From the human T2T-CHM13v2.0 reference genome, Homo sapiens: a stretch of DNA of 64,000 nt. Under the pieces are notes generated by a model that was given only the letters and a program-made list of their open reading frames with translations, ran no database searches and was not told the DNA's origin. The position numbers and the translations under genes are program-made. Each line of letters starts with the position of its first letter. Position 1 is the first letter of the stretch. The stretch is from NCBI RefSeq assembly GCF_009914755.1, contig NC_060927.1. One strand, 5' to 3'. Below are positions 1-17,759 of this stretch, piece by piece.

Positions 1-1073
1 TTCAACTTTAGCAGTACCTAGTCACCACCTATGATTATTTCCTCATGAACTGATTACGGGCACTCAAGATTCAACTTCCCTGCCTCTGGTCTGAGGAGGA
101 GAAGTCTCTGGTTGAGCTGCTTCTGCTATGTGGCAGAACATGAAGTTGTGTAACTGTTTTTCTAAACAGAATCCCTCAGGGCCTTTCACTTATTTTGGGT
201 CAACTGCCTCACTGCATCTGTTTACAGGGCTGCTTTTACCTGGAGTGTCTAGCCTGCTCATCTTGGTTTCTTCAACTGCCTTGCATTCAGTTTTCACTCT
301 GCTGCTTAGTCTGGTTCAAAAAGAAAGCAGAAGAGACCAGACTTCTGCCTGCTTCCTGCTGCCTGCTGGGATTCTGCCATATTCTTCAATTCCTGTTTGG
401 TCGTATCTATTGGGACCATGACTCTATTAGGACCACCAGCCTTGTTCTGAATTTTCTTATTTTCCTCTCTTATACACAATTAATCATGAATTGAGTCCTT
501 ACTGCTTTGAGCCTTATAGCATTTCTGTTTTTGCAGTCTGATACAGTCCAGTGCTTAGAGAGGCCAAGATCGTATTTCTTCTTTGGCCTTTTTAACAGCA
601 CAGACCAGAACATCACCTGAATTATCCCAAGCTTTGGAATTCTCTGATGGCTATAAAATAGAAGGCAAGACCACCACCCCACCAGGGAATAATTTAATAA
701 ATTTGAATTCCATTTGTACTTATATGACAAGGCTGTGGATACAGTTATGCATTGTTTAACAACAGAGATGTTATGAGACATGCATCATTAGGCAATTTCA
801 TCATTGTGGGAACATCACAGAGTATGCTTACACAAACCTGGATGGTACACCCTACTACGCACCATACAATATAGTATAGCCTATTGCTGCTAGCTACAAA
901 CCTGTACAGCATGTTACTGTATTGAATACTGTAGGCAAGTGTAACACAATGGTAAGTATTTGTGTATCTAAATATAGAAAAGGTAATGTGTTGCACTACA
1001 ATGTCACAATAGCTATGACCTCGGCAGCTGGAATTTTTCAGCTCCATTATAATCTTATGGGACCATTGTTGTT

Positions 1074-2365
1074 GGAGGGGAATTCAACATTTTTTGAAAA
1101 ATGGCATTAAAAGATAAAATAGAAATATAAACTTCAATTCTCAATATAAGCTCCATCAAGTTAAGACACTTTTGTAATCAATGATATCAGTCATTTAGTT
1201 CATCCCTAAAGAACTGGGAATTTAACTGAAGAAAATGAATGCTCCAAAAAAAAAAAAAAAGAAAAGAAAAAAGAAAATGAATGCTCCTTAAATATTTTAC
1301 TTAAATTTTTTTTTAATTAGGAAACTAAAAGAAGGCAGAAGGAGACAAGACAGGAGCATAAGATGGATGCCAAATGATTTCTCATCAAAATTCTCACAAA
1401 ATTGCCCTTGTTTGGTGAGAGGAATAAGCAGGAGCATTGTTATGGTAGAGAAGGACTCTCTGGTAAAGGTCTCCTGATTGTTTACTGCTAAAGCTTTGGA
1501 TACTTTCTCAAAACACCCTCATAAGTAGATGTTATTTTTCCTTGGCCCTCCAGAAAGTCAAAAAGCAAACTGTCTTGAGCAGCCCACAAAACAGCTGCCA
1601 TGATGTTTGCTCTTGACTAACCTACTTTTGCTTTGACTGGACCACTTCTACCTTTGGGTAGCCATGGCTTTGATTGTGCTCTGTCTTCAGGATTGTACTG
1701 GTAAAGCCATGTTTCATCTCTTGTTACAATTCTTCCAAGAAATGCTTGAGGATCTCAATCTCACTTGTTTAAAATTTGTATTGAAAGCTCTGCTCTTGTC
1801 TGCAGCTAATCTGGGTGCAATGGTCTTGGCACCCATCCAGTGGAAAGTTTGCTCAACTTTAATTTTTTAGACAGAATTGTGTAAGCTGAACTGACTGAGA
1901 TGTCTATTGTATTTGCTATTGTTGTGCTATTAATCATCAGTCTTCTGCAATTAGGGCACAAACAAGGTGAATTTTTTCCTCACAAATTCATGTGGATGGT
2001 CTGCTGCTGCAGGCTTCATCTTCAACATTGTCTCATCCCTTCCTAAAATGAGGTATGCATTTGTAAACTGCTGATTTCTTTGGGACACTGCCCATAAACT
2101 TTTCATAAAGGAATAATAATTTCACCATTCTTCCACCCAAGTTTCATCATAAATTTGATGTTTGTTTTTGCTTCAATTTTAGCAGAACTCATGTTTCTCT
2201 GATAGAAGATCTTTTCAAACTGAGGTCTTATTTTTTTCAGTTCCTCAAACTAGATACTATTTAGGCATGTTATAACAAATTAGTACAAGTTTGTTTGGTT
2301 GCAGAAAATTGTCCATGCATAGTTTTTTCATAATATGCATTGTCATGAATTTTTAAGATCCCTCA
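1074..2365 (-). mobile_element. Near full-length Hsmar2 mariner transposon
   Basis: Degenerate TIRs ggaggggaattcaa (1074) and catgaatttttaagatccctca|TA (2365), ~1.3 kb length, and an interior matching the Hsmar2 transposase on the minus strand. Confidence 0.9.
1134..2192 (-). pseudogene. Decayed Hsmar2 mariner transposase
   Basis: ATG at 2192 (minus strand). Remnants of the mariner motifs WVP (tgggtgcca) and VTxDETW (gtaacaagagatgaaacatgg) are present. No long ORF remains in the ORF track. Confidence 0.85.
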
Positions 2366-2506
2366 TATATACAGTTGACTGAAATGTCATCACCTGGAAC
2401 ATGACTATAATTCACTTTCCTTAAAAAGGACTCTGTTTTCTTTTATTTCCACTAAGTAATTAATTATACAGTTAAATTTTTATGTGTTGTATTATTCAGG
2501 GAGAAA

Positions 2507-5271
2507 TGTGTTAGGATGAGCTAGGTTATACTGCAGTAACACAAACAGCAAAGGGTTAGTAGTTCTTAATAATAAATGTCTTTTGCCTGCTCATGTTACA
2601 GGTCCATCACAGGTTGGCTGGGAACTCTGCACCGTGCCTCCTTACTCATGGAAGCAAGCTGATGGAGTATCTACCATCTTGAATGTTGCTGGTAGTCACA
2701 GAGGAAAACAGGTGTATTAGTCTATTCTCATGCTGCTAATAAAGACATACCCAAGACTGGGTAATTTATAAAGTAAAGAGGTTTAACTGACTCACAGTTC
2801 CACATGGCTAGGGAGACCTCAGGAAACTTACAATCATGGCGGAAGGTGGCACAAACATGTCCTTCTTAACAGGATGGCAGGAGGGAGAAGTGCTGAGCCA
2901 AAGACGGAAAAGCCCCTTATAAAACCATCAGATCTTTTGAGAACTCACTCACCTTCAAGAGAACAGTAGCATGGGGGTAACCACCCCCATGATTCAATTA
3001 CCTCCCACTGGGTCCCTCCCATAACATGTGAGGATTATGGGAACTACAAATTAAGATGAGATTTGGGTGGGAACACAGCCAAACCATATTTTCTGTCCCA
3101 GTCCCTCCCAGACCTCATGTCCTCACATTTCAAAACACAATCATGCCTTCCAAACAGTCCCCTAGAGTCTTAAATCTTTCCAGCATTAACGCAAAAGTCC
3201 AAATCCACAGTCTCATCTGAGACAAGGAAAGTCCCTTATACCTATGAGCCTGTAAAATCAAAAGCAAGTTAATTACTTCCAAGATACAATGAAGGGACAG
3301 GTGTTGGGTAAACACCTATACCAAATGGGAGAAATTGGCCAAAACAAAGGGGCTACAGGCCCCATGCAAGTGTAAAATCCAGTAGGGCAGTCATTAACCC
3401 TTAAAGTTCCAAAATGATCTTCTTTGACTCAAAGTCTCACACTGAGGTCACACTGATGCAAGAGGTGGGTACCCAGGGCCTTAGGCAGCTCCATCCCTGT
3501 GGCTTTGCAGGGTACAGCCCCACTTCTGGCTGCTTTCATGGCTGGTGTTGAGTGTCTATGGTTTTTCTAGGTGCATGATGCAAGCTTTCAGTGGATCTAC
3601 TATTCTGGGGCCTTGAGGACAGTGGCCCTCTTCTCACAGCTCCCTCTTCTCACAGCAGTGCCCCAGTGGGGATTCTGTGTAAGGGCTCCAATCCCACATT
3701 TCCCTTCCACACTGCCCTAGCAGAGGTTCTCCATGAAGGCTCCACTCCTGCAGCAAACTTCTGCCTGGACATCCAGGCATCTCCATACATCCCCTGGAAT
3801 CTAGGCAGAGGTTCCCAAACCTCAATTCTTGTCTTCTGCACACCCACAGGACCAACAGTGGATGGAACCTGCCAAGACTTGGGGCTTGCAACCTCTGAAG
3901 CAATGGCCTGAGCTGTACCTTGGCCCCTTTTAGCCATGGCTGGAGCTGATGCAGGGCACCATGCCCCAAGGCTGCACAGAGCAGGAGGACACTAAGCCTG
4001 GTCCATGAAAGCATTTTTTCCCTCATAGGCCTCCAGGCCTGTGACAGGAGAGGCTGCCCTCAAAGTCTCTGACATGCCCTGGAGACATTTTCCCCATTGT
4101 GTTGGTGATTAACATTTGGCCACTTATTATTTAAGCACATTTCTGCAGCAGGCTTGAATTTCTCCCCAGAATATGGGTTTTTCTTTTCTATCACGTTGTC
4201 AGGCTGAAAATTTTCCAAACTTTTATGCTCTGTTTCCTCTTGAATGCTTTACACCTAGAAATTTCTTCTGACAGATACCCTAAATCATCTCTCACAAGTT
4301 CAAAGTTCCACAGATCTCTAGGGCAGGGGCAAAATGCACCAGTCTCTTGCATAGCAAGAGTGACTTTTACTCCAGTTTCCAACAAGTTCCCCATCTATAT
4401 CTGAGGCCACCTCAGCCTGGACTTCATTGTCCATATCATTATCAGCATTTTGGTCAAAGCCATTCAACGAATCTCTAGAAAGTTCCAAACTTTCCCACAT
4501 CTTCCTGTCTTCTGAGCCCTCCAAGTCTCTAGGAAGTTCCAAACTTTCCCACATTTTCCTGTGTTCTTCTTAGCCCTCAAACTGTTCCAACCTTTGCCTG
4601 TTACCCAGTTCCAAAGTCGCCTCCACATTTTGAGGTATCTTTACAAGAGCGCCCTACTCCCAGTACCAATTTATGGTATTAATCCATTCTCATGCTGCTA
4701 ATAAAGACATACTTGAGACTGGGTAATTTATAAAGGAAACAGGTTTAATTGACTCACAGCTCTGCATGCCTAGGGAGGCCTCAGGAAATTTACAATTGTG
4801 GCAGAAGGGGAAGCAAACACATCTTTCTTCTCAGCTCAGACAGGATCTGAGCTGAGATGGCAGGAAGGAGAACTGCTGAGCAAAGGAGAGAAAAGCCCCT
4901 TATAAAACCATCAAATCTCCTGAGAGCTCATTTACTATCATGAGAACAGCAGCATGGACGTAACCGTGCCCATGATTCAATTACCTCCTAGTGGGTTCCT
5001 CCCACAACATGTGGGGATTATGGGAACTAGAATTCAAGATGACATTTGGGTAGGGACACAGCCAAACCATACCTAGAGGTTCTGACAAATGTGCCACGTT
5101 ATTTAATTTTCCTTCTAAAAGTGTGACATGTTACTGCCATCTACATTTTATTACCCAAGGAAGTCACAAGGCCACAACTAACCTAAAGGGGTCAGGAAAG
5201 TGTACTTCTATCACGTGTCTGAAAGTGGAGAGAGCCAGAAATATTTGGTGAGAAGCACCAACAACAACTAC
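2507..5271 (-). mobile_element. Old MLT1 (ERVL-MaLR, MLT1J/K/L-like) LTR interrupted by THE1 (pieces ~2507-2712 and ~5075-5271)
   Basis: gttaggatgagctaggttatactgcagtaac at the start; the MaLR-like continuation aagtcacaaggccac...aggaaagtgtacttct follows the THE1. Confidence 0.6.
2713..5074 (-). mobile_element. Complete THE1 (THE1C/D-like) MaLR element: LTR 2713-~3090, internal ~3091-4673, LTR ~4674-5074
   Basis: Two homologous LTRs (tattagtctattctcatgctgctaataaagacatac...cacagccaaaccata) flank a ~1.6 kb THE1-int. 5-bp TSD acagg (2708-2712) / agagg (5075-5079). Confidence 0.92.
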
Positions 5272-5624
5272 TGGGGGTTTGGGTAAGAACTAATATCCAA
5301 ACTGTGCCAAGAGTCTTAACACTGGTGAAAAAGTGAAAATGATTTTTTTTCAACTTAGAAATAAGTAGTAAACTCTGATTCAGCGAGCATCTAATTGCTT
5401 CTCAACTCCTTGAGAGTAGGGATTTTTTTTTTTTCTAAATTGTCTTATTGACATGACACAGCCTAGTAACTTTGGCATCAAACATACTCAACTTCATGAT
5501 TTATTTGTTGTATGAACCCATTTTTTTTAGGGAGAAAATAGATCATGCCAGCCCCTATGCCCACAGTTGTACTCAGAGAATAATAGCTATTTTTTACTGA
5601 GTTCCCCTTGTACTCTAAGGCTAT

Positions 5625-6543
<919 letters not shown>

Positions 6544-7164
6544 GGAGAGGCCCTTTGAGGAGAAAATTTGCCCCCAGATTTTGGCAGAAGGTTCTATAAG
6601 AAAAGGGTGGTAGGAGAGGAAAGCAAGAAAAAAAGCAGGCGTCCTCTCTTAGAGATGGAGAGTCAGCTCCCGGCCAACTCCATCCCTGTGGAGAGAGCCG
6701 ATACTATGGGGTGAGTAGTGGAATTCTTCTCATGTCTTAGCCTATCTGGAGAGCCAGTGCCCTAGTGGTGGTGAGCTGAGGGAAGTGTGCAAGTAGATGG
6801 CAGCCACATGAAATGTGAGAAATACCCTCAAATTTTCTCTGCCATATGCTGGAAATCCCCACTAGGGAGTTCCTCTGAGCTTTGGCATCGACTCCAGAAG
6901 ATTCTATTAAATTATATGCAAATTATCAAACAGCATAACTAATAAACCCCAAAGCATGTTTTAACTAACAGGCAATGTCTGCAATATAAGAAAGCTAGGG
7001 ATTAAGTGGGATGAGGCTGGGCAAGCATATCTGGGAACCTCTGTTTCAGTCCTGGCATGGCCAGCTTGATGTGCTAATTTGAGAAAGTCCTTGTAACTCT
7101 GTTTCCTAACTTCCTCTTTTCACTCCTTTGTTTCCTTAGAAGGCAAAAATCTAGAGATTCAGCT

Positions 7165-7392
7165 CATATGTGATCTCCTTGAAGGCTTCCCTGACCCCTG
7201 CCTAGGATAGATACCCTGGCAGATTGGACTCCTCCTCTATTTTGCCACAGGGGAGCATGCACTGCAGCACCATGGTTGTGTGTCTCCACAACTGGACTCA
7301 ATATTCTCAGAAGGAGGAGCTATGTCTTACTGTTGAATCTCCAGCGTGTGGCCCAGGGTCTGGCTTACCAAAGGTGTGTTGAATATATTAGC
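7165..7392 (+). mobile_element. L2 3' fragment
   Basis: gaaggcttccctgacc...gaatctccagcg...cagggtctggc...gaatatatt resembles an L2 3' end. Confidence 0.55.
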
Positions 7393-8479
7393 AACCTATT
7401 TTGCTGGGAGGTTTGTGTCCCACATGAAAAAGGGATCATGGCAATCTTCATCTCAAAAGACAGGATCTGAGCTGGGACCTAAAGAAACGGAAGTGAAGAG
7501 GGGAGAGGAATTCCAAGTAGAGGACACCAAATGAGCAGGGCCCTCATAAGACTGGATCTGGAACAGCCTTCACAAGATAATGCAGTGACCTAGAAGCCCC
7601 TTGAATTTTTGGTGGCATAGACTTCTCTCAAGGTTTCTCCATGCAGACAATGGGAAGAGGCTGGTGGAAACAGAATTCTGCACTATTGACTGCAGGAATG
7701 CCCTGTCACCTCTGGAGCTGTCTGGCTGCTGTCCCCAGGCTTGGGCTATCGTCAGTAATGGCAATGTCCATGGAATAAAAATAAATAAATAAAGCTATAT
7801 TAATATCTGCTCCATTAGAAACACAGGAAAATAAAGTAATATTGGCCAAATGGGAAAAGAAAAAATCAATAGGGAAAGAAATATTATTTTTAATCTTCTG
7901 AGAAGGTTTTTATAAACAACAGAAAGGGAAAAAAATACGAACCATGAAAAAGTATCAGCCATCATCCTTGTAACCTTTATTATCACTCATTCTACATCAT
8001 CCTGAACTGCATGATAATTTAAAATTTCATTTTAATTTCAATGTATCATATAATTCAACCTAGCCTTTTACAGCATTTTTTTTGGCTGAAAACTTTTTAA
8101 ATGTTTCAGAAGGAAATGTAGCCAGGGGAAGGGAGGGTAAGAAGTCCTGTAACCTTCTAGAGTAGTCATTTAATTTCTGAGATTAAAAGGTCTGTGCAAA
8201 AATATGATAACACTAAAAGCAACAAATATGAACAATGTGAATGTTCCTTAAAGACATGCCGAATCATATAGTGTGTCTATGGCTTGGCTTTCTCTCTGTG
8301 TCCTCTGTGTTTCCACTTGAATTCAAATTATTTTAGCCATTTTGGTTGTTTTAGGAGAATATGCCTTCATTTGTTTCACTATGGTATATTCTGAGACAAT
8401 GGCTTCTCCTTTCTGAGACTTGTCCTGTAGATCCTATCTGAGAGATTACTAGAGTTTAGGAAAATACTCATATTCGTTA

Positions 8480-8702
8480 GCATTTATTGAGCAAATACTT
8501 TGTGTCAGACATCAAGTTAAGTGCCATAAATTCCCTTTGTTAATTAATTCTCGCTGCCTTGTGAGATGGAGGGTATTATTGTCCACATTTTATAGAAGAA
8601 AACTGAGGCTCAGATTGGTTGAGAAAATGCCCAAGGTCACATAGCTAGGAAGTAGTAGAGGAGTGAGCCCAAGCCTAGCAGATGCCCAAGACTGTGCTTT
8701 TA
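8480..8702 (-). mobile_element. MIR SINE
   Basis: catttattgagc...cacattttatagaagaaaactgaggctcaga...gcccaaggtcacatagctag (MIR core). Confidence 0.85.
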
Positions 8703-9061
8703 GACTCATTAAAAGGAGGGTAATTAATAAGAGGTACCAGAGGGTTCCTGGCTTCCTTTCTCACATTGCCCCACCCAGGATCCTGCATGAAAGATCCCAC
8801 TCTACCACAGCTCTCTTGCTCTCGAGAGATCTATAATATTTTTCCAAGCAAATAACTTACTGAAAAGAAGCATCCGCTGTATGACCCCTGGCTTCAGAGC
8901 AAGGCTGGACCTTTAACACAGTCAGTAAGACCTTTACTTTACCTTACAGCCTCCATTTTGGATTTGGCCCTGGTCTTATGCTATCAGCTGTAGGCAAATC
9001 TCAGTTGGCCTCTGGTTGCTTTTGCCTGAGAGGTGTGCTGAGATCATCTGCCTATTTAATG

Positions 9062-10015
9062 TGTTCATTCATTCATTTATTCACTTAGTCACTACGTTAG
9101 GGCAGGTTAGATTATACCAAAGTAACAAACAACACCTCCTCTCCAGAGCTTAGGGGTATAAAATAGCAAAAATTTATTTTTCTATGATAAATTTTCAATA
9201 CGAGGTATCAGAGGTCATTTGTTCAACTTCTACCTTGACATGTGCTTCCCTGAGATGCAGGGACGGGAACATGCAGCCAGGGGAAGGGAACATAATGAAT
9301 CACACACTGTCTCTTAAGGGTTTCCTTTAGAAATGATGTGTGTTACTGCTACTTACATCTCATTGACTAAAGCAAATGAGATGACCAAATGTATCTGGAA
9401 AGATGTGAGCTGGAGTGTTTGTGAATAGCCTGGATGATGGCTATGGCACTGTTCTAGGCAATATGGATACTGTAAAAAGTCTTCATACTAGTGGAGAAGG
9501 TAGTTAACAAACCTGGGAATAAACACAGAGTACAATTTTATGCTGAATTAACTGCTGTGGAAAATTAAAGGAAGAGTAGAGAGTGATGGAGGCAATGGGT
9601 AGAGGAAACTTTTTTAGATAAGGTATTCAGGAAAGACCTCTCTGAGACATGGCATTTGAGCTAACAATTAAAGTGAAAAAAAAAGAGATACAAAAATATC
9701 TAGAAGAACATTTCGGGAAGAAGGAACAGCATGTGCAAAGGTCCTGAGGTGGGAATGGGCTTCACATGTTAGAAGGCCAGCAGGCTGAAGTGTAGTGAGG
9801 GAGGGGAGGGTGGCTGCTGCTGAGGGTAGGGAGGAGCCAGCTCACAGGAGCCTTGGCAGCTATGATAAGGACTGTGAATGTAATTGGTGGTTTTTTTTTT
9901 AACAAAGGAGCAGCATGACTTAATTTACACTTTTATAAAGATCTTTTGGCTGTTCCGAGAAGAAATTGTAGAGGGTGATGATATGAGTAGGGAGACCACT
10001 CAGGAGGCTACCATC
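9062..10015 (-). mobile_element. L2 fragment with a nested MLT1-like LTR (~9096-9445)
   Basis: (ttca)n L2 tail at 9064, L2 body gaacagcatgtgcaaaggtcctgagg, and MaLR-like gttagggcaggttagattataccaaagtaacaaac. Confidence 0.65.
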
Positions 10016-11502
10016 AGCCTCGTGTCTTCTTCTCCTCCCTGGGAAACCAGAGACAAGTAGAGACCAGTGCCCATGGTTTGGACCTCTCTGTCCCTGAGAG
10101 CTGCTCTCCTTAGCCTTCACTGGGTCATCCACACAGGTGAGGCCTGGCTTGGGCAGATTCTTCCTAAGAGATGCATGTTTTCTGCCCATGGCTCAACCAA
10201 TAATTTGCAAGGAAGAATGGCACTCAGACTCAAGATCTCATTCCCTAATTCAAGAATGGAGAAGACATGGCTGCAGGGTTGAGCTGAGGCCTGTGGAATC
10301 TGTTTATGGTGGCTGAGAGCCACCCCCACATTTGATTGCTGCAGTTTTTCTCTATAAACATAACTGAAAAATAAACTCCTCGCCTCGTAAACAAAATGTT
10401 ATTTCAAAAACTCCTAAACACTAATTTGCTTAATGCTCCCCTGTTGCAGACCATGTGTTTTGCTTGATGCTTTGGCACAAGAGATGGGCAGAAGGTGCCT
10501 CATATATTTGTGTCAGGCTTCATCGGCAGTGGTGTTTGTCAGGAACTGCTTAAGTGACAGCCACAAAACACCTGATTGTATACCTAGAATTACCTATGAA
10601 GGAAGAGCAACTCATGTCTCTATCTGCCATCAGTGATTTGTATATTTCAGCTGAAATGGGCATGAAACAAATCTGGAAGGAAGTAGATATCCAAATTAGT
10701 TCTCCAACCAACCTTTCACAATGGAAACAGGCATCTTCTCTGAAAGTTTTTGTGTGGCAAGTTTACCTGGGGCATTTGTTTTCTGTCTCTATTCTTTCCT
10801 CTGCCCAAGTATAAGCACTTAGGCATAGTTAAGCCCAGGGGAAGGGGCCTAATTCAGGCATTGCAAATGATTTTCAATTAGAGAGGATTCATTTCTATTA
10901 TTTCTGAATCTAGCCCAAATTGGCATTCAATCCTCAAGACCAGAAAAGAGAAATAGATAAACTTCCTTAACATTTGTCCAAAACCCAATTTGACATTTTC
11001 TTGGATTAAATTTGAATTATTATGGAAATTTAAAACAATGCATTAAAATAAAGGAGCATGAGAAAGACAGCACATTTATAACCCTGCCAGTTTTAGACGC
11101 ATATTGTCATGAATGCAGTACCTATTTAGTTTTTAATTTTATTTTTTGAGTAGGTAATATTTTCACATGCTTTAAAAAATAAAAACAATATATGTATATA
11201 TCTGCAGCAATAACAATTAGAGATAGTTTTTTTTTTTAACTTCTGATTTTGGAATAACTTTAGATTGATAAGGAGTTGCAAAGATAGTACAGAGTTCCCA
11301 ATATACCATTCACCCAGCTTCCCTTAAAATGAACATCTTACATAACCACAGTAAATCTGTCAAAATTAAGAAATTAACATTGGTACAATATACTGACTAA
11401 AGACTTTATTCAGATTTCACCAATTTTTCTACTCATGTCCTTTTGTCTGTTTCAAGATTCAATCCAGGATATCACATGGATTTAGCTGGCGTGTCTCTTT
11501 AG

Positions 11503-11931
<429 letters not shown>

Positions 11932-12571
11932 ATGTTTTCTTATTATTAGACTGGGGTTGCAGTTTTTGGAAAAGTGTATCACAGAGATAAGGTGCCCCTC
12001 TGATTGCATCATATCAGGGGTATGTGACATGCTAAAGCTGATCACTTGGTTAAGGTGGTGTTTGTTGTCTTCTAGATTTCTCCAATGTAAAGTTATTATT
12101 TTTCCATTTCCATAATCTATGATTTGGACACAGGTCATTAACTGTAGCCTCACGCTTTACAAGAGGGAAATTCTACCTCCTGGAGAGGGGACTTTCTACA
12201 TGTATTACTTGGAATTCTTCTGTAAGGAAAATTTATCCCTTAGTCTCTCGTTTATTTGTTCGATCATTTGTTTATATCAATATGGACTCGTGGATATTTA
12301 CTTTATTATGGGGGTTATAATTCAATACTATTGTAAGTAATTTTCTAACCCAAATTGTTCCGTCTTTGGCCATTGGAAGCTCTTTTTCATTGGCTCCTTT
12401 GTCCTTCTGACTTCACCCCATCCTTTGATTTTTTTCTTCCTTTGATTGCTTTCTTGGTTTCTGAATCAATGAAATGCTCCAGGCTGATCTTGGAGTTTCC
12501 CTCCCTCAGCCATAGAATCGGCCATTTCTCCAAAGAGCCCTGGTTCTTTTCATTAAAGAATGGTATTTAGA

Positions 12572-12875
12572 GGCTGGGTGTGGTGGCTTATGCCCATAAT
12601 CCCAGGACTTTGAGAGGCCGAGGCAGGAGGACTACCAGAGCCCAAGAGTTCGTGATCAACCTGGACAACAGAGGGAGACCCCATTTCTTAAAAAAAAAAA
12701 AAAATTAGCTGGGCATGGAGGTGGGCACCTGTAGTCCTGGCTACCGAGAAGGCTTAGGTGGGATCATTGCTTGAGCCCAGGAGGACAAGGCCGCAGTGAG
12801 CTGTGATCACGCCACTGCACTCCAGCTTAGGTGACAGAGTGAGACCATATCTCCAAAAAAAAAAAAAAAAAAAAA
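12572..12875 (+). mobile_element. AluJ
   Basis: J-type ttgcttgagcccaggagg...ggccgcagtgagctgtgatc, a poly-A tail, and TSD aagaatggtatttaga (12556-12571) / aagaataatatttaga (12893-12908). Confidence 0.9.
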
Positions 12876-13868
12876 GGGGGACAGAGAATAATAAGAATAA
12901 TATTTAGAAATCAAAATCTGGGCAGTGGTGTGCCTCTTGCTAGTGGGGTGTCACTGCTTCTGGTTCTACTCAGTGAACAGAGCTAGGAAACAACCCATGT
13001 ATATATAAAAATCTACACCTCTCTCACTGTTAAAACACTCACACTCACATCTCTGATTCTAACCCACAGGAGAGATGGTCCAGAGTCCAACTCTGACTCT
13101 AGTCCACAGGATTTATTGTAGTCATCCACCCTTGCTTATTCTTAATTCCTTTCTATGATAGAAAATTGGCTCCCATTATCTACAATGCATTTATTTTGTT
13201 CAATCCAGCATATACTAAGTTTTAGGATTGCTAATCTATATGCCATGGGGAAATAAATTTATCAACTAGAATAGTAGCGTTTACACATAATTCCTTTGTC
13301 TCTGGCCTTAGTATACAGCTCACACACCACTTTCCAAATCTACTTAGGTCAGCTCCTTTTTACTCTCCCTTTTTCAGTGAAGTTATGTCATACATTGATA
13401 ATACAGTTAGATTCATTTGTCTCAGTCTGCATTCCACCCTGGGATCCCTTAACTTTCTGCTTTAGTGTTTTTTAAATTAACATACAGTAAAGTTCATACT
13501 GTATCGTGTACAGTTCTGTGAGTTTTGACAAATGCCTCCACCACCCTACAACCCTACAGAGCTGACATGCCTTTGTGAGACGCTTTGTAATCATCCCTTC
13601 CCTCTCCCCCAAACAACCACTGATTTGTTTTCCATCCCTAGATTTTTTTTTTTAAATTTATTTATTATACTTTAAGTTTCAGGGTACATGTGTACAATGT
13701 GCAGGTTAGTTACATATGTATACGTGTGCCACGCTGGTGCGCTGCACCCACTAACTCATCATCTAGCATTAGGTATATCTCCCAATGCTATCCCTCCCCC
13801 CTCCCCCAACCCCACAATAGTCCCCAGAGTATGATGTTCCCCTTCCTGTGTCCATGTGTTCTCACTGT

Positions 13869-17723
<3,855 letters not shown>

Positions 17724-17759
17724 TTAGTTGATGCAGTTTCTTCCTAGTCTCGATGGTCT

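Larger units (their letters stand above)
742..2407 (-). mobile_element. Tigger3a (MER7A/Golem) DNA transposon, split by Hsmar2 (pieces ~742-1071 and ~2366-2407)
   Basis: Begins TA|cagttatgc and ends catgacta|TA (degenerate Tigger3 TIRs). Body matches Tigger3 motifs such as tacaaacctgtacagcatgttactgt and gctccattataatcttatgggacca, and the remainder (gttgactgaaatgtc) resumes after 2365. Confidence 0.85.

Noticed and set aside
128-781. Overlapping ~100-aa ORFs at the window start
   Set aside because: No recognisable domain, non-ATG or weak starts, and overlap in several frames; consistent with chance ORFs.
3591-4554. ORFs of 67-130 aa within THE1-int
   Set aside because: Decayed MaLR internal sequence broken across frames; not a host gene.
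4473-4570. ~55 bp tandem duplication tctag(a/g)aagttccaaactttcccacat
   Set aside because: Probably an intrinsic feature of some THE1-int subfamilies, not a locus-specific array or CRISPR-like structure.
13051-13111. Short direct repeat ctctga(t/c)tcta..ccacagga twice
   Set aside because: A small tandem duplication inside an old L1; only two units and no sign of function.
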